Shown one piece after another: positions 1-10,589 of a DNA stretch of 64,000 nt. The position numbers were made by a program, and so were the translations under genes. The stretch is from Lama guanicoe. Its lineage: Eukaryota. Location of the stretch: positions 3,163,374 to 3,227,373 of the forward strand of contig MU054220.1 of NCBI GenBank assembly GCA_013239625.1, in the 5' to 3' direction. The notes below the pieces were generated by a model. That model worked only from the letters and a program-made list of their open reading frames with translations, made no database searches and was not told the DNA's origin. The number at the start of each line of letters is the position of its first letter. The stretch's first letter is position 1.

Positions 1-66
1 CTCCTCCCACAAAAAGCCCAAAAACAACAACAACAAAAATTTTTTAAAAATAAAAATAAAAATAAA
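1..66 (+). mobile_element. 3' tail of a tRNA-Ala-derived SINE cut by the window edge
   Basis: C-rich ctcctcccac followed by an A-rich tail with (caa)n and (taaaaa)n, like the 3' ends of the SINE copies at 6.1 and 9.9 kb. Confidence 0.55.
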
Positions 67-240
67 TCCAGCTCCAAGATTTATGAACTGTGTGATCTTA
101 CACTTTTTTTCTCTGATCCTTTAATGCCGTCATCTGTAATTTGGAGATAATAAAGTTGATATCATAAGGCAGTGCTGAGGGCTAAATAAGATCATGCCAA
201 TGAAAGTAGTTTGTAAACCATAAAGCACTTCTCAACTGTG
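67..240 (+). mobile_element. MIR SINE relic
   Basis: ctgtgtgatctta...tcatctgtaatttggagataata...gagggctaaataagatcatg, the typical MIR core and tail. Confidence 0.7.
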
Positions 241-409
241 GAGTGTTATCATGAGCTCCTGCTGACCGGTCACCTCTTTTCTGCTGGGGGCCCTTTGGAA
301 TCACTTTCTCTCACAGCAGGCAGCCCCCCATTTTTCTTTTCTTGCCTCCCCTGCCCCCTGCAGGTGTTTGCCGAGGCTCCCGGTGGATGCCACCTGTCCA
401 TGTGTCCAT

Positions 410-670
410 TCATGATTCATTCAACAAATATGTGTACCTGGTGATGAAAGTCTGGTAGAGCAAACATTGAGACTCTGGTCTTGGAATTTGCTGTCCAGTG
501 GGAGAGACAGTTGTTAACCCAATCACCACACAAATAAATATATTATTACAAACTGTGAAAAGTGCACGAAGAAGTACAGCAAGCTAGGGGAATTCACAAC
601 AGGGGTGTAGTTTAGGGAAGAAGAGCATGGCTGGCCTCCCTGAGGAGGTGACATTTAGGCCAAGACACTA
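410..670 (-). mobile_element. L2 LINE 3' relic
   Basis: attcattcaacaaata terminus and ggcctccctgaggaggtgacattt motif, both typical of antisense L2. Confidence 0.7.
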
Positions 671-1289
671 TTCTTGCTGTAGCCTTGCTGTGATGAGCAT
701 GCGGGATGTAGACTGGATCCAAGGCTCCCTCTTGTCCCTGTGGACCAAGGGCTGTGTTCCAGCCATCCCTGGGCACCATGGAGCCTCCCAAAATGGACAA
801 GCCAGGAAAGCTCCAAGCCTCTGCTCTCTGCAACCCCTAGCCTGGGATGGGCCCCTGAGCTCTCCTGGACCTTCCCTGAGAAAGCCAGGATCTCAGTCAG
901 TGACTCATAAGCAAAATCTCCTCTTGGTCTCGGAGGAAGTCTCCATCTTCACATGAATGTACCTAAGGGCTGAGCCTCAGTTTCTCCATCTGCCAAAGTG
1001 GGTAAAGATTCCTGCCCCACACACCTTCCAGGTGAGAACAAGGAACCTAGGGCTGGAGGTGATTTGCAAAAGCCTGAGACGTGCCTGCTCACATCAGAAC
1101 CTCCTTTACCTTGCTCCCTTTCATGTGCGCCACTCCCATTCCTTCTTTCCTTCACTTCCCAAACTGGTAAAGCCATGGGTGGGGAAAGGCTCAGACTTCC
1201 CTCTTGCCAGTCCCCTTCCTGGGCACAGAGCCTTGTCCCAGATATGCCCAACTTCTCTTCATAGACGGTTCATCAGAATTTTAAACTTT

Positions 1290-1560
1290 AGGAGCAACAG
1301 GTTAGGAGCCAGACAGACCAAGGGTCAAATCCTATCTCTGTGGCTTCCTTGCTGTATGATTTTGGGTAAGGTCATACGGCATATATATATTTGGTGTTCT
1401 CCACTAACTCAGACTTGGTTGTCTGGACCTCCAGTTCCTCATCTGTAAAATGGGTACAAACTCAAGTCTGAGCCGAGAGCGTTGTTGCGAGGACTAGGTG
1501 TAATAATATCAGTAGATGGCTTAGCTTGGCTTGTGAGATGGACTTAATAAAAAAATCTAA
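1290..1560 (+). mobile_element. MIR SINE relic
   Basis: ggagccagacagaccaagggtcaaatcc...cagttcctcatctgtaaaatggg. Confidence 0.75.
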
Positions 1561-3179
1561 AATAAACAAGCACCTTACAAAGTGCTTGCCCTGGGCTAGG
1601 CATGGTGCCAGGAGACTGGAACATTGAAGGCAAAAGAAAATGGAGGCAGCTGAAAACAGAGATGATGGTGGAGCCATGGTGGGTGCTCTGGGCTGGTGTC
1701 GGGAGAGCTGGCGCTGGATCCCTAACTTGCTGGGTGACCTGGGTTACTCACCTAGCCAGGTGCCGAGGAAGCCCAGGGAAGGACAGCCTCTTGCCAAGTC
1801 TGGGGAGCAGGGCCTTGAGACAAGAGAAGTTTTACATTTTCTGTTTTCAGGAGCATTTGGGGGTGGGGGTGGGGTGGGGAAGGAAGCTTCTGGTTATGAA
1901 ATCAACACATGCTCATTTTAGAAAACATGAAAATGACTTTAAAGTATAAAGAAGTAAATAAAAATGATCTCAAATTTCCCTACCCTGAATAACCACTGTT
2001 GGCAGGTCAGCGTGTTTCATTTATTGGCTCAGCGCTGTTGATTGGATGCCTCCTGTCAGCCAGACCCTAGTTCTGGGCTCTGGGAACAGTGTGAGAACAA
2101 GACGGCCATGTCCCTACTCTCTTGGATCTGACATTTAGCAGGAAAACTGACTTGGGGCAGACTTTCTGGGTATGGTGCTGTGAGAGGAGGGGTGGGGTGT
2201 GGATGGGGCTGGAATCAGACACAAAATCAAGATCTTACTGATGCTAAGAGTTTATATTCTGTGTTCTCCACTGACTATGAAGTGTGGATGTTTTTAATCG
2301 GGAAAATTGTCAGATGCAGCAGTAGGTGGAGAGGGGACATTGGCAGGAGCAAAGGCCCGGCCACCCTTTGCGTTTGGGCCAGGCCCTGGGAAAGATGCCT
2401 GAGTCTCCTACAAGAACCCTCTGACCTAGTTTCTTGTTCCTCCTGGGTGTTTGTGTCCATCAGAGCCTGGACTTAGCCTCACCCCACCCCTTATGGACAA
2501 AATCCTGGAGTAGGGTGAGTTATCCAGGGGGATGTCTTGAAAGTCAGCCTTCCAAGTCATCTCTGCCTTTTGCCTCACTCAGCTCAGAGTGGCAGGGGCT
2601 CTACTGAGGCTGTATAGCAAGGCAGGGTCATGGCCATGGCCAAAGTTAGAGGCCAGGCTTCTCATATCCAGTCTTCTTTTTCTGCTACCACCCAGGTTTG
2701 TCCTAAGCCAGGGCCTGGAGACAGGCTAGGTCCAGCTGGTCTGGGGGGACTCTGGCCTGTCCCTTGTCTGCTCCCTGCCCTTCCTCTACATGATCAAGCT
2801 TGCTAGAGGAATGACATCTTTGCCAACAGCCTCTCCTGATGCCACCTGGGTGCCATGGTGATGTCAGAGTACCCAGGAGAGGCTAATGGCTCTGTCCTTG
2901 CCTGAATTTTCTTCAAGAGCCCAGGAGGTCACCATGAGGCTTGTTTATCTCTCAAGCTTGCCCTTCAGCCCGAGAGGCATGGAGGAGTCCCCTCGGCTGA
3001 CCCATGGGTTGGTGGTTCTCAGATGGGGCAAAGTCCAGGCTGGTCGGGGGGACTGTGAGGTCACATGGTGCCTAGTATCTTCTCTCCCCAACAGGTGAGC
3101 TGGTCCAGGCGTTAAGTGGGGCAAGGAGACAGGGCTCTCTTTCTCCCTAACCAGGTCAGGGGAGGACGCCAATCCGCTC

Positions 3180-3480
3180 TGTGTAAGGCATACACATATG
3201 CTGCCATGTGCATGTATGTTAGCACAACTCACATGCACACCCACCTGTGGGCACAGGTATCCACCAGAACATGTGCTGCATGGAGGCACGTGTGTGGGGA
3301 AACACCAGCCTCCGTTCCCAAGCATACATTAGGCTCCTATACATACCCATGGATACCAGCACCCAAAGCAGGTACACAGAGACAGGGGCACACAGGTGTG
3401 TTCCAGTCACTCGAGTTGATATGCATTTGAACCCGTGAATATGTGGGAACAGAACAGCACACACAGGGAGAATAGGCATA
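3180..3480. repeat. Degenerate CA/TG-rich low-complexity tract
   Basis: Recurrent acacat/gcacac/atgtg units. Confidence 0.5.
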
Positions 3481-4769
3481 ACCACGCCCCTAATGCATAT
3501 GCACAATTTAAGAACATTTAACAGAATTGAGCATGCCCCTTGTTCAGATTCCTGTGCTAAGTGCTGGCAGGGCTCATGGGTGGAGAGTTTGGAGATGGAT
3601 TGGCTGGGGCTCTGCTCTCCAGAAGCATATAATCCATACAGGATGACAGGCATTATTTAAACAAACAGCACAGGGAGTGAAGGAAAATGCGTGTGTGGAT
3701 GGATGTGTCTGTGCTTGTATGTGCAGGGGTTCAAGAAGTCCTCACGCCATCAGAATGGAGAGTCAGGTTCCTAGATGTATCTCTGGGGGAGTCCAGGGTC
3801 ACTGACTGACTTGAGTGGAGGGGAGCAGAGACGAGATGGATGGGCTATTTTCAAATTCATCCATGGCATTCATCCCCTGCCTGTGTTCACACCATGGACA
3901 CATGCACCCAGGTGCACATGCCCAGGGACACACGGAACACCCCCGCAGGTGGTCACACAGCTGGTCATGCAGGTGCACTCTGCAGGTTCTGACAAGGCCT
4001 GCAGAGATCTCTGGCTTCTCTTAAGTCAGGGGAGAAGTACATTTGGAGATCCTTTAAGAGACTGGGAGCTCCTCTGAGAAACCTATCACGTAGCCCAGCT
4101 AATCCATTTCGGATGCTGGTTATTGATGTGGGCTGCACCTGGGGGTAGGTAGAGGTTTCAGACATTACTGAGTCTTAGAAATGACCCCCAAGGAGAGAGT
4201 TTGCTTCAGGCAGCCCTGGGCCTTACTCTTATCTTTTTAATTACACCAGGCTCCCCGTCTGCTCTGGAGAAGCCTGAGATGGGGGAACCCTGAGGTTAGG
4301 ATGGAGGGCTGACCACAGCTGTGAAGGGGCTACACCTGAAAGCCAGAGTTGATGGAGCAAGTCCAAGATCTGTTACACAGGGGAAACTGAGGCTTGGAGA
4401 AGGGATCGGTCTTTCCTGGGGTTACAGAGGGAGTCGAGGCAACAGCGAATCTGAGAAGAGAACCCAGGTCTCTCCAGGGCAATTATTATATACAGCACTG
4501 GGCTGCCTCAGGTAGAGGCAGTAGGATCACTCAGCAGAACCCCCTTCCCTCCCAAAGTAGAAATCAAGTTTCGCCCTCCCCGAGACCTTCCCATGAGGTG
4601 GCGGCTTCTAACTTCCCTCCGTCTGCCCAGATCCTTTAGCTGCAGCATTTCATGCAGAAGCAGGGGCTGGACCTAATGACCTCCTGGTGCTGATTGGATA
4701 GCACAGCTGGAGACTCGGAGCCTGTATCTCAGATAGAGTTTTGTAATATAGGCCAAGGAGGGAGGGAGA

Positions 4770-4950
4770 GATCCTGAATCTGGAGTCAGGGGCCTTGGTT
4801 TCAGTCCCTGGAAAGCAACTACAAGCTGTGTGACCTTAAATATATCATTTAAACTTTCTTTGCCTCAGTTTTCTCACCTATATAACTGGGATAACATTCT
4901 TTACCTCACAGTTTGGCCAAATGAGCTAATGCATGGAAAGTTCTTATCTT
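4770..4950 (+). mobile_element. MIR SINE relic
   Basis: ctggagtcagg...gctgtgtgacctt...gcctcagttttctcacctatataactggggataac. Confidence 0.75.
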
Positions 4951-5184
4951 TGCCAGGGAGGTAGAAAGTGCCCACTCTAAACACGGTAGCAATGATTCTT
5001 TTGGTTAAAATAGCAGTTACTAGATTTGTCTCTACGGCCCACAGTTTAGCACAGGCCGTGCATACAGTAGGTGCTCTGAAAAACAGCTGGTTATTGCCCC
5101 AGGGGCTGGGATTTTACAGCCTTGAGGGCAACAGCTGAGAACTTGGCTGTATTTTACCCTGAGGTGGGAATTTGGGAAGGTTCT

Positions 5185-5480
5185 GTTTCAGCGCATGCGC
5201 AGAGTCTGTCTGAGCATGGGCCCCCGGCTGACAAAATGCCCAACGCACAGTGCAACTTCGCCCAAATCAGGCGATCGATCCAGCCAGTGCATTGGCTTGA
5301 GAAACGAGTTTCGATTTCTCTATGCCTGTGATAAATGGGCGCGCTCGCTGGGAGGCTGCGGGCTGGAGGCTCCTAAGCCTGGTGTAAGGGCTTCATCGCT
5401 GCCAGCTCAGCGGGGCCCCGCGCCTCACCTAAAGGCTCTGGGAGAGAGGGTTGAATAATCCCCGGGATTTCCTGGCGGTG
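5185..5480. promoter_or_regulatory. CpG-enriched promoter/enhancer-like module
   Basis: NRF1 palindrome gcgcatgcgc 5191-5200, reverse CCAAT attgg 5291-5295, ISRE agtttcgatttctc 5307-5320, kB-like gggatttcc 5464-5472, and locally high CpG density. Confidence 0.5.
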
Positions 5481-5652
5481 GCTGTCGCACAGGGAGGCTC
5501 TGTGGCCTGCTGGGAGATGGGATCCCATGGCTGAGAGCAGCCAGAGGACACCTCAGGTCCTTCATCCTTCTTGACTCTGAGGTTTGGGGAGGGCGGCTTA
5601 TCCGGGAGCCCGGGAAAGCTGGTCCTGGCCGGGGCAGATCCTCCCCTGGGGC

Positions 5653-5833
5653 TATGGTGGACGGATGCAGCAAATACACATATAGAATATTCAGTTCAAT
5701 TTGCCTTTGAGATAAAGAACAAATACTTTAAAAGTATAAATAGATCTCCAACATTGAATGAGACATACTAAAGAAATTCTTTATCTGAAATTAAAATTTA
5801 ACTGGGCATCCTGTATTTTCTCTGGCAGTCTTA
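5653..5833. mobile_element. MER53-like palindromic hAT MITE
   Basis: Right arm tttatctgaaattaaaatttaactgggcatcctgtattttctctggcagtctta resembles MER53; degenerate 8-bp TSD cctggggc (5645-5652) / tctgggcc (5834-5841). Confidence 0.85.
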
Positions 5834-5979
5834 TCTGGGCCCCACTAGCACCAGGTGTGTGACCTTGGGCAGAAGGCCTTTCCTCTCTGATCTGTGTTCT
5901 CTCTTGTACAGTGGGGATAAACTGACACCCTGACACATTTGTGGGAACTGACATGGTTGTATAGACAGGCACTACTAGA

Positions 5980-6400
5980 TGGTGGTGGCTCAGACTGTGA
6001 GATCCAGAGCCAGACTATTTGCATTCCAATCCTTTTTATTTTTTTAAGCCTGATTGAGTTTGTTCTTTATTTTTAAAAATTTTTGGGGGGGGGGTGGAGG
6101 TAATTAGGTTTATTTACTTCATTTTTTTTTCACTGGAGGTACTGGGGATTGAACCCAGGGCCTCATGCATGCTAAGCATGCACTCTACCACTTGAGCTAT
6201 ACCCTCCCCTCTTGTGTTTCAATCTTGACTCTGTCATACCCTAGCTGTGTAACCCTGGGTATTTGCCTCAGTTTCCTCATTTGTAAAAAAAAAACAACAA
6301 CGATTTCCTCAAAGAGTTACGAGCAGAATTAAGTAACATAATACATACATAGTGCTTTTTTATAGTACCTGGCACATAGTAAGTGATATATTAGGATTGA
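5980..6400 (+). mobile_element. MIR SINE interrupted by a younger tRNA-derived SINE
   Basis: MIR head before 6033; MIR core gcctcagtttcctcatttgtaaaa and tail cctggcacatagtaagtg after 6210. Confidence 0.8.
6034..6209 (-). mobile_element. tRNA-Ala(AGC)-derived SINE (vic-1-like, camelid type)
   Basis: Reverse strand reads ggggagggtatagctcaagtggtagagtgcatgcttagcatgcatgaggccctgggttcaatccccag, then an aaacctaattacctcc motif and an A-tail; diverged TSD 6019-6033 / 6212-6226 (11/15). Confidence 0.9.
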
Positions 6401-6819
6401 GTACTATTGTTATTGTTTTATTATTATTATTACCGTCATTATTGATTGTCCCCTATTACTTAGTGGCCTCTTGAGGCTGTTCCCTTCTTTTCAGCCATTT
6501 TCATTTTAGTATGAATTATGTGACAGCACATTTGCCAATAGATTAGTCATGAGTGCAGATTTGGGAAGGGATGATGGAGAGAGAGTGAGAGTATGGTGTC
6601 CAGAATGAAAGGGCACTGAAGACCACCTCTGGCTCCCACCTCACATCTGGCTCTTTGGAGAAGCCAGGTGGGGAAGAAGAGGAGGAACATTAGACTAGGA
6701 GTCAGAGAATCTGATTCTGCTGCGTGATCCCTGGCTCTCTTGACACCCAACACTCTGAAGAGCTCAGGAAACGAGCAGAGATGAAGTGGCTGACCTGGCA
6801 CCTGAGCTTGGAGGTGAGG

Positions 6820-7200
6820 GTTCCAGGGACCCCTAATGGGGCATCTGAAACCTGACACGTCCCCAAATAAACTCCCAGTTATCCCCCCACTCCAAACCTG
6901 TTTTTCCCATAGTGGTCCCCATCTCAGGTGATGGCCAGTCTCCTCTTTCAGTTGCTGAAGGCAGAAACCTGGGTGTCCCCTTGACTCTGCTCTTTGTTCC
7001 GTAGTCCACATCTAAATCCATCAGGAAATCTCTGTGGCTCTACACAGACCTCGCATCTGACCACTTCTCCCCACCTCCATTGATGAAGAATCACCTGGAT
7101 TTTTGCAGGGACCTCCTCACTGGTCTTCTCTAACCCAAACTCTAAGATTTGGCTTGTCACTTCCTCCTGGAAGTCTTCCCTGATCATCAAGCACTGGGCT
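6820..7200 (+). mobile_element. L2 LINE relic
   Basis: gggcatctgaaacctgacacgtcc...aaacctgggtgtccccttgactc...cacttcctcctggaagtcttccctgat. Confidence 0.75.
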
Positions 7201-8114
7201 GGGCTGGAAAGAGACTCAGAAAGTGCATGTGAAATCAAGTTTTATTTTGGCAGGGGGATCGGGGGTTTGGGGGCAGGGGGCAGGGGGCAGAAGGCAGGCT
7301 AAGGTTGGACCCGAGCTCTGTGCGGTGGCAAAAGGGAACAAGCTACCAGCCTCTCTGAGTAGCTTTTCCATGAAGAAATCATGTTTGCCAAGCCTGTTAA
7401 TCTGGGGCCCAGGTCTCTGTCAGCAGCACTTAATTCATCAACATTTGCAGGGAGGACTTTGCAGTTAGAAGTGGACAGGGTTCTGCGCATCCCTGGGGGT
7501 CTTCCTTTTGGGGATTCTGGGCAGCAAGCCCCCAAGCCTTGTCCCCTGCATCTTCCCCAGTTTACACCCACTGCAACCACATGTGGGCTAGAATCTTGGC
7601 AAGAAGTGTTGAGCTGATTTTAATATAAATGAATCTCTCCTTCTTGCTCTCCAGCAGCCCGAACTGCTCTAAAAGGATAATTAATTGGAATGAAAACACC
7701 AGCTCTGGGTCTGAGCCGCCTCTCTTGGAGAATTCACAATTATCTTCCTCCAGGCCCCGCCCCCCTGCCCTCCCCTGCCGCTGCCCCTCCAGGCTCCCAG
7801 CAAGTGATTTCAGCATTTCAGCTGCACAGAGACATCCCTGGCCCTGTCTTTCTTTAGAAAAAGCTATGGCATTGAGGGCTTCTTACTGGGTGGCCACCGG
7901 CAGGTCAAGAGGGAGAGGAGGCCAGTTGTGGGGTCAGGGGCCTTGGGGTACACTATATGGTAGCAAGAGGCACAGGTGCTTGGGGGCCCTTTTCGCCAGA
8001 CACAGAGGCATCTCTCCTGGCCCAGTCTATCTTTTCCATTCCCCTTCCCTCTGCCTTTCTACTCATCCCTCTTATTCCAAAACTGATGCTAAATTTGGGA
8101 CATGAGTCCTAACA

Positions 8115-8340
8115 GCCATTATCACAACTAACCCTTATTGAGTGCTTGAGACCAGGAATTTTCTAAGAACTTTGCATGAATATTGAATCTTCATGAGAAC
8201 CTAGTGAGCCGGCTACAATTACAATTTCATTTTACAGAGGAGGTGACTGAGGCACAGAGAGGTTATGTCACTCTCTCAAAGTCACACAGCTAATGAATGC
8301 TAGAACCAGGATTCAAGACAGAACACGTGACTCTGGAGCT
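8115..8340 (-). mobile_element. MIR SINE relic
   Basis: ttattgagtgctt...cattttacagaggaggtgactgaggcacagagaggtta...aagtcacacagc. Confidence 0.8.
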
Positions 8341-9234
8341 CTGCCCTGTGCTCAGGGCCCTGGCTAGGATGCAGAAGAAAGACTGAGCTCAAAAGCCAAG
8401 CTCTGACCCATCAACCAGTCCCTCTCTCCCAATAATTCCACCCCTACCCCAGCCCTTTTCCCACTGCGATCTCGTCCACAATCACACCCCCCACTCCGCT
8501 CTCTCTTCCCCAACGAATGGCCCCAATCACGGCCGATCAGCTGAGCTGTCTTGTAAGGATACAAAGGGGGGCTGCGTTCTAGAGTGAAATTAGACATAAT
8601 AAGAACAAGAGTGCTTAGCCTCAAAAGCCCTTGAGAAATCCCAGTAGTCCCCTTCAGAATCGCCACCTCGGGCTCCATTGGCATCCTCGGCCTCCACCAA
8701 TCAGCTTTCTTCCAGGCTTTGCCATCCAGCAAGCTCTGCCTCCCTCCTTCACTTCCTGGTGGACAGCACTGTTCTCCTGTAAGGTTCAAAGATTGGTTTT
8801 GAGGCAGTACTGCACCCTGTATTCCCCAGGGTGGACAGAGACAGAGTATCAGAGTTCTGCAGTTGGCGGAACAGGCTTTTGTGGGCCAGCCTGGGACCCA
8901 GTCTTTACGAATAGTGTTTCTATGGAAAATGCAGGCTGGGTCCCAGCAACCCGGCTTACTCACCGACTAGGGTGGACATTGCTTATCAATTTGACTTCTT
9001 GTAAATTCAAAATGCCTTTGGCATCAGACAATTGGGCTGTTTGGAGGGGGAAAAAAAGGTTTTTCTGCCCTCAGTCTTCCCAAACTCAGCTCTAAAAATA
9101 TCAAAAGGCAACCTCCAACCTCTTCATCCCATAATGCACTATTTAATGCCAGTAAATAACCCAGGGGGAGGAGGGATGGGGAAGGAGGAAGGAGAGAGCT
9201 AGGTATGTCGGAGAGAAGAAAATGAATTGGCGGC

Positions 9235-9597
9235 TGTATTTGTTTGCTGGGGCTGTCTTAACGAATACCACAGACAGGGATTGGGTGGCTTCAACAGCAG
9301 AAATTTATTTTCTGGAGGCTAGAAGTCCAAGGTCATGGTGGGTTCCTTCTGACGCCTCTCTCCTTGGCTTGCGGATGGCTGCCTTCTTGCTGTGTCCCCA
9401 CTTGGCCTTCCTTCTGTGTGTGACCAAACTTCCTTTTATAAGGACACCAGTCATATGGGATTAGGGTCCACCCTAATGATTTTATTTTAACTGAATTACC
9501 TATTTAAAGACCCTGTCTCTAAGCACAGCCACACTCTGAGGTACTAGGTGATTAGGACATCAACGTAAGAGTAGTGGGGCCTAATTCATCCCTAACA
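9235..9597 (-). mobile_element. MaLR solo LTR (MLT1A/B/C-like)
   Basis: TG...CA ends; ctggaggctagaagtccaag and cttttataaggacaccagtcatatgggattaggg motifs; degenerate 5-bp TSD gcggc/gtagc. Confidence 0.9.
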
Positions 9598-9901
9598 GTA
9601 GCCATTTACCTGTAAAGAATTTCAAGCACTCTGCGTGGCCTGGTGGGGGATGTTTCAGCTTGAGGGGTGGTGGTCCCACACAACAGGAAGCATAATTGAA
9701 GGTGCAATGACCACCTGCTGCTCCCCCACCTTTGCTAACTGAGGATTTGGGATCCCGAAGCAATGAAGTGTAAGAGACTGATTCAGCTCACGGCATCTGT
9801 ATAAACTTGATTGACACCAAGCTGCTGCTGGCATCTTGGAGTCCGGCCAGGGGTGTTCCACAGCTAATGTGGAGGAATTTCTTAAGAATCTAAAATTTAG
9901 T

Positions 9902-10038
9902 GGGGAGGGTATAGCTCAGTGGTAGAGTGCGTGCTTAGCATGCACGTGGTCCTGGGTTCAATCCCCAGGACCCCAGTTTAAAACATATAAGTAAATAAAT
10001 AAACCTAATTGCCTCCCCACCACCCCTCAAAAGTTAAA
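9902..10038 (+). mobile_element. tRNA-Ala(AGC)-derived SINE (vic-1-like)
   Basis: A box 9912-9922, anticodon arm cgtgc-ttAGCat-gcacg 9930-9946, B box 9955-9965, then aaataaacctaattgcctcccc and an A-rich tail. Confidence 0.9.
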
Positions 10039-10589
10039 GTTTAAATTCAGGCTTCTGTAAGTCAAAAAACTCTTCTCCCCCTGCAGTGTTTCTCAACGCT
10101 CCATCACCACAATGGCCAGGACAAGTGGCAAGTTCTTTACAAGCCGGGGCAGGAGGAGCAAGCCCGCCAGTGCCACTTACATCCCCAGTTTGAAGATGTT
10201 TGCTTTTAGGGTCTCACCTAATAATTTCATCTCCCTCTAGTGCCTGGCCCATGTGTCCTGAAATACTTTGGGGTATACCTCGGGTTGACTTGACATCTTG
10301 AAAGTAAAGATATTGATTGGGTCATTTTACATGAGTAGATCATAAGAAACCCCAAATGGCAGAAAGTGTACTTGTCGCCTCTGGGAAAGGTGAGACCTCT
10401 AAGACAGCAGAGGGCAGGTTGGGCCCAGGAGGCCTCTTGCCTTCAGTTAGACAACACAGGGCAACTTAGTGCTTGAGCCCAGGGAACAAGTCAGGAAGAG
10501 GAGCGAGCAAAGTAGGTTTGACTTCAGACTTTCACTGCTTAACAGAGGAGCCCACTATTGCCCCCTTCAATGAGAAAAGCCCAAGATCT

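Noticed and set aside
8364..8963. Longest ORF in the track (199 aa, minus strand) as a gene
   Set aside because: No recognisable domain, composition typical of random genomic translation, and similar-length ORFs overlap it on the other strand.
9902..9976. tRNA-Ala(AGC) gene
   Set aside because: Mismatched acceptor stem, SINE-specific 3' block and A-rich tail, and several diverged copies with TSDs in the window.
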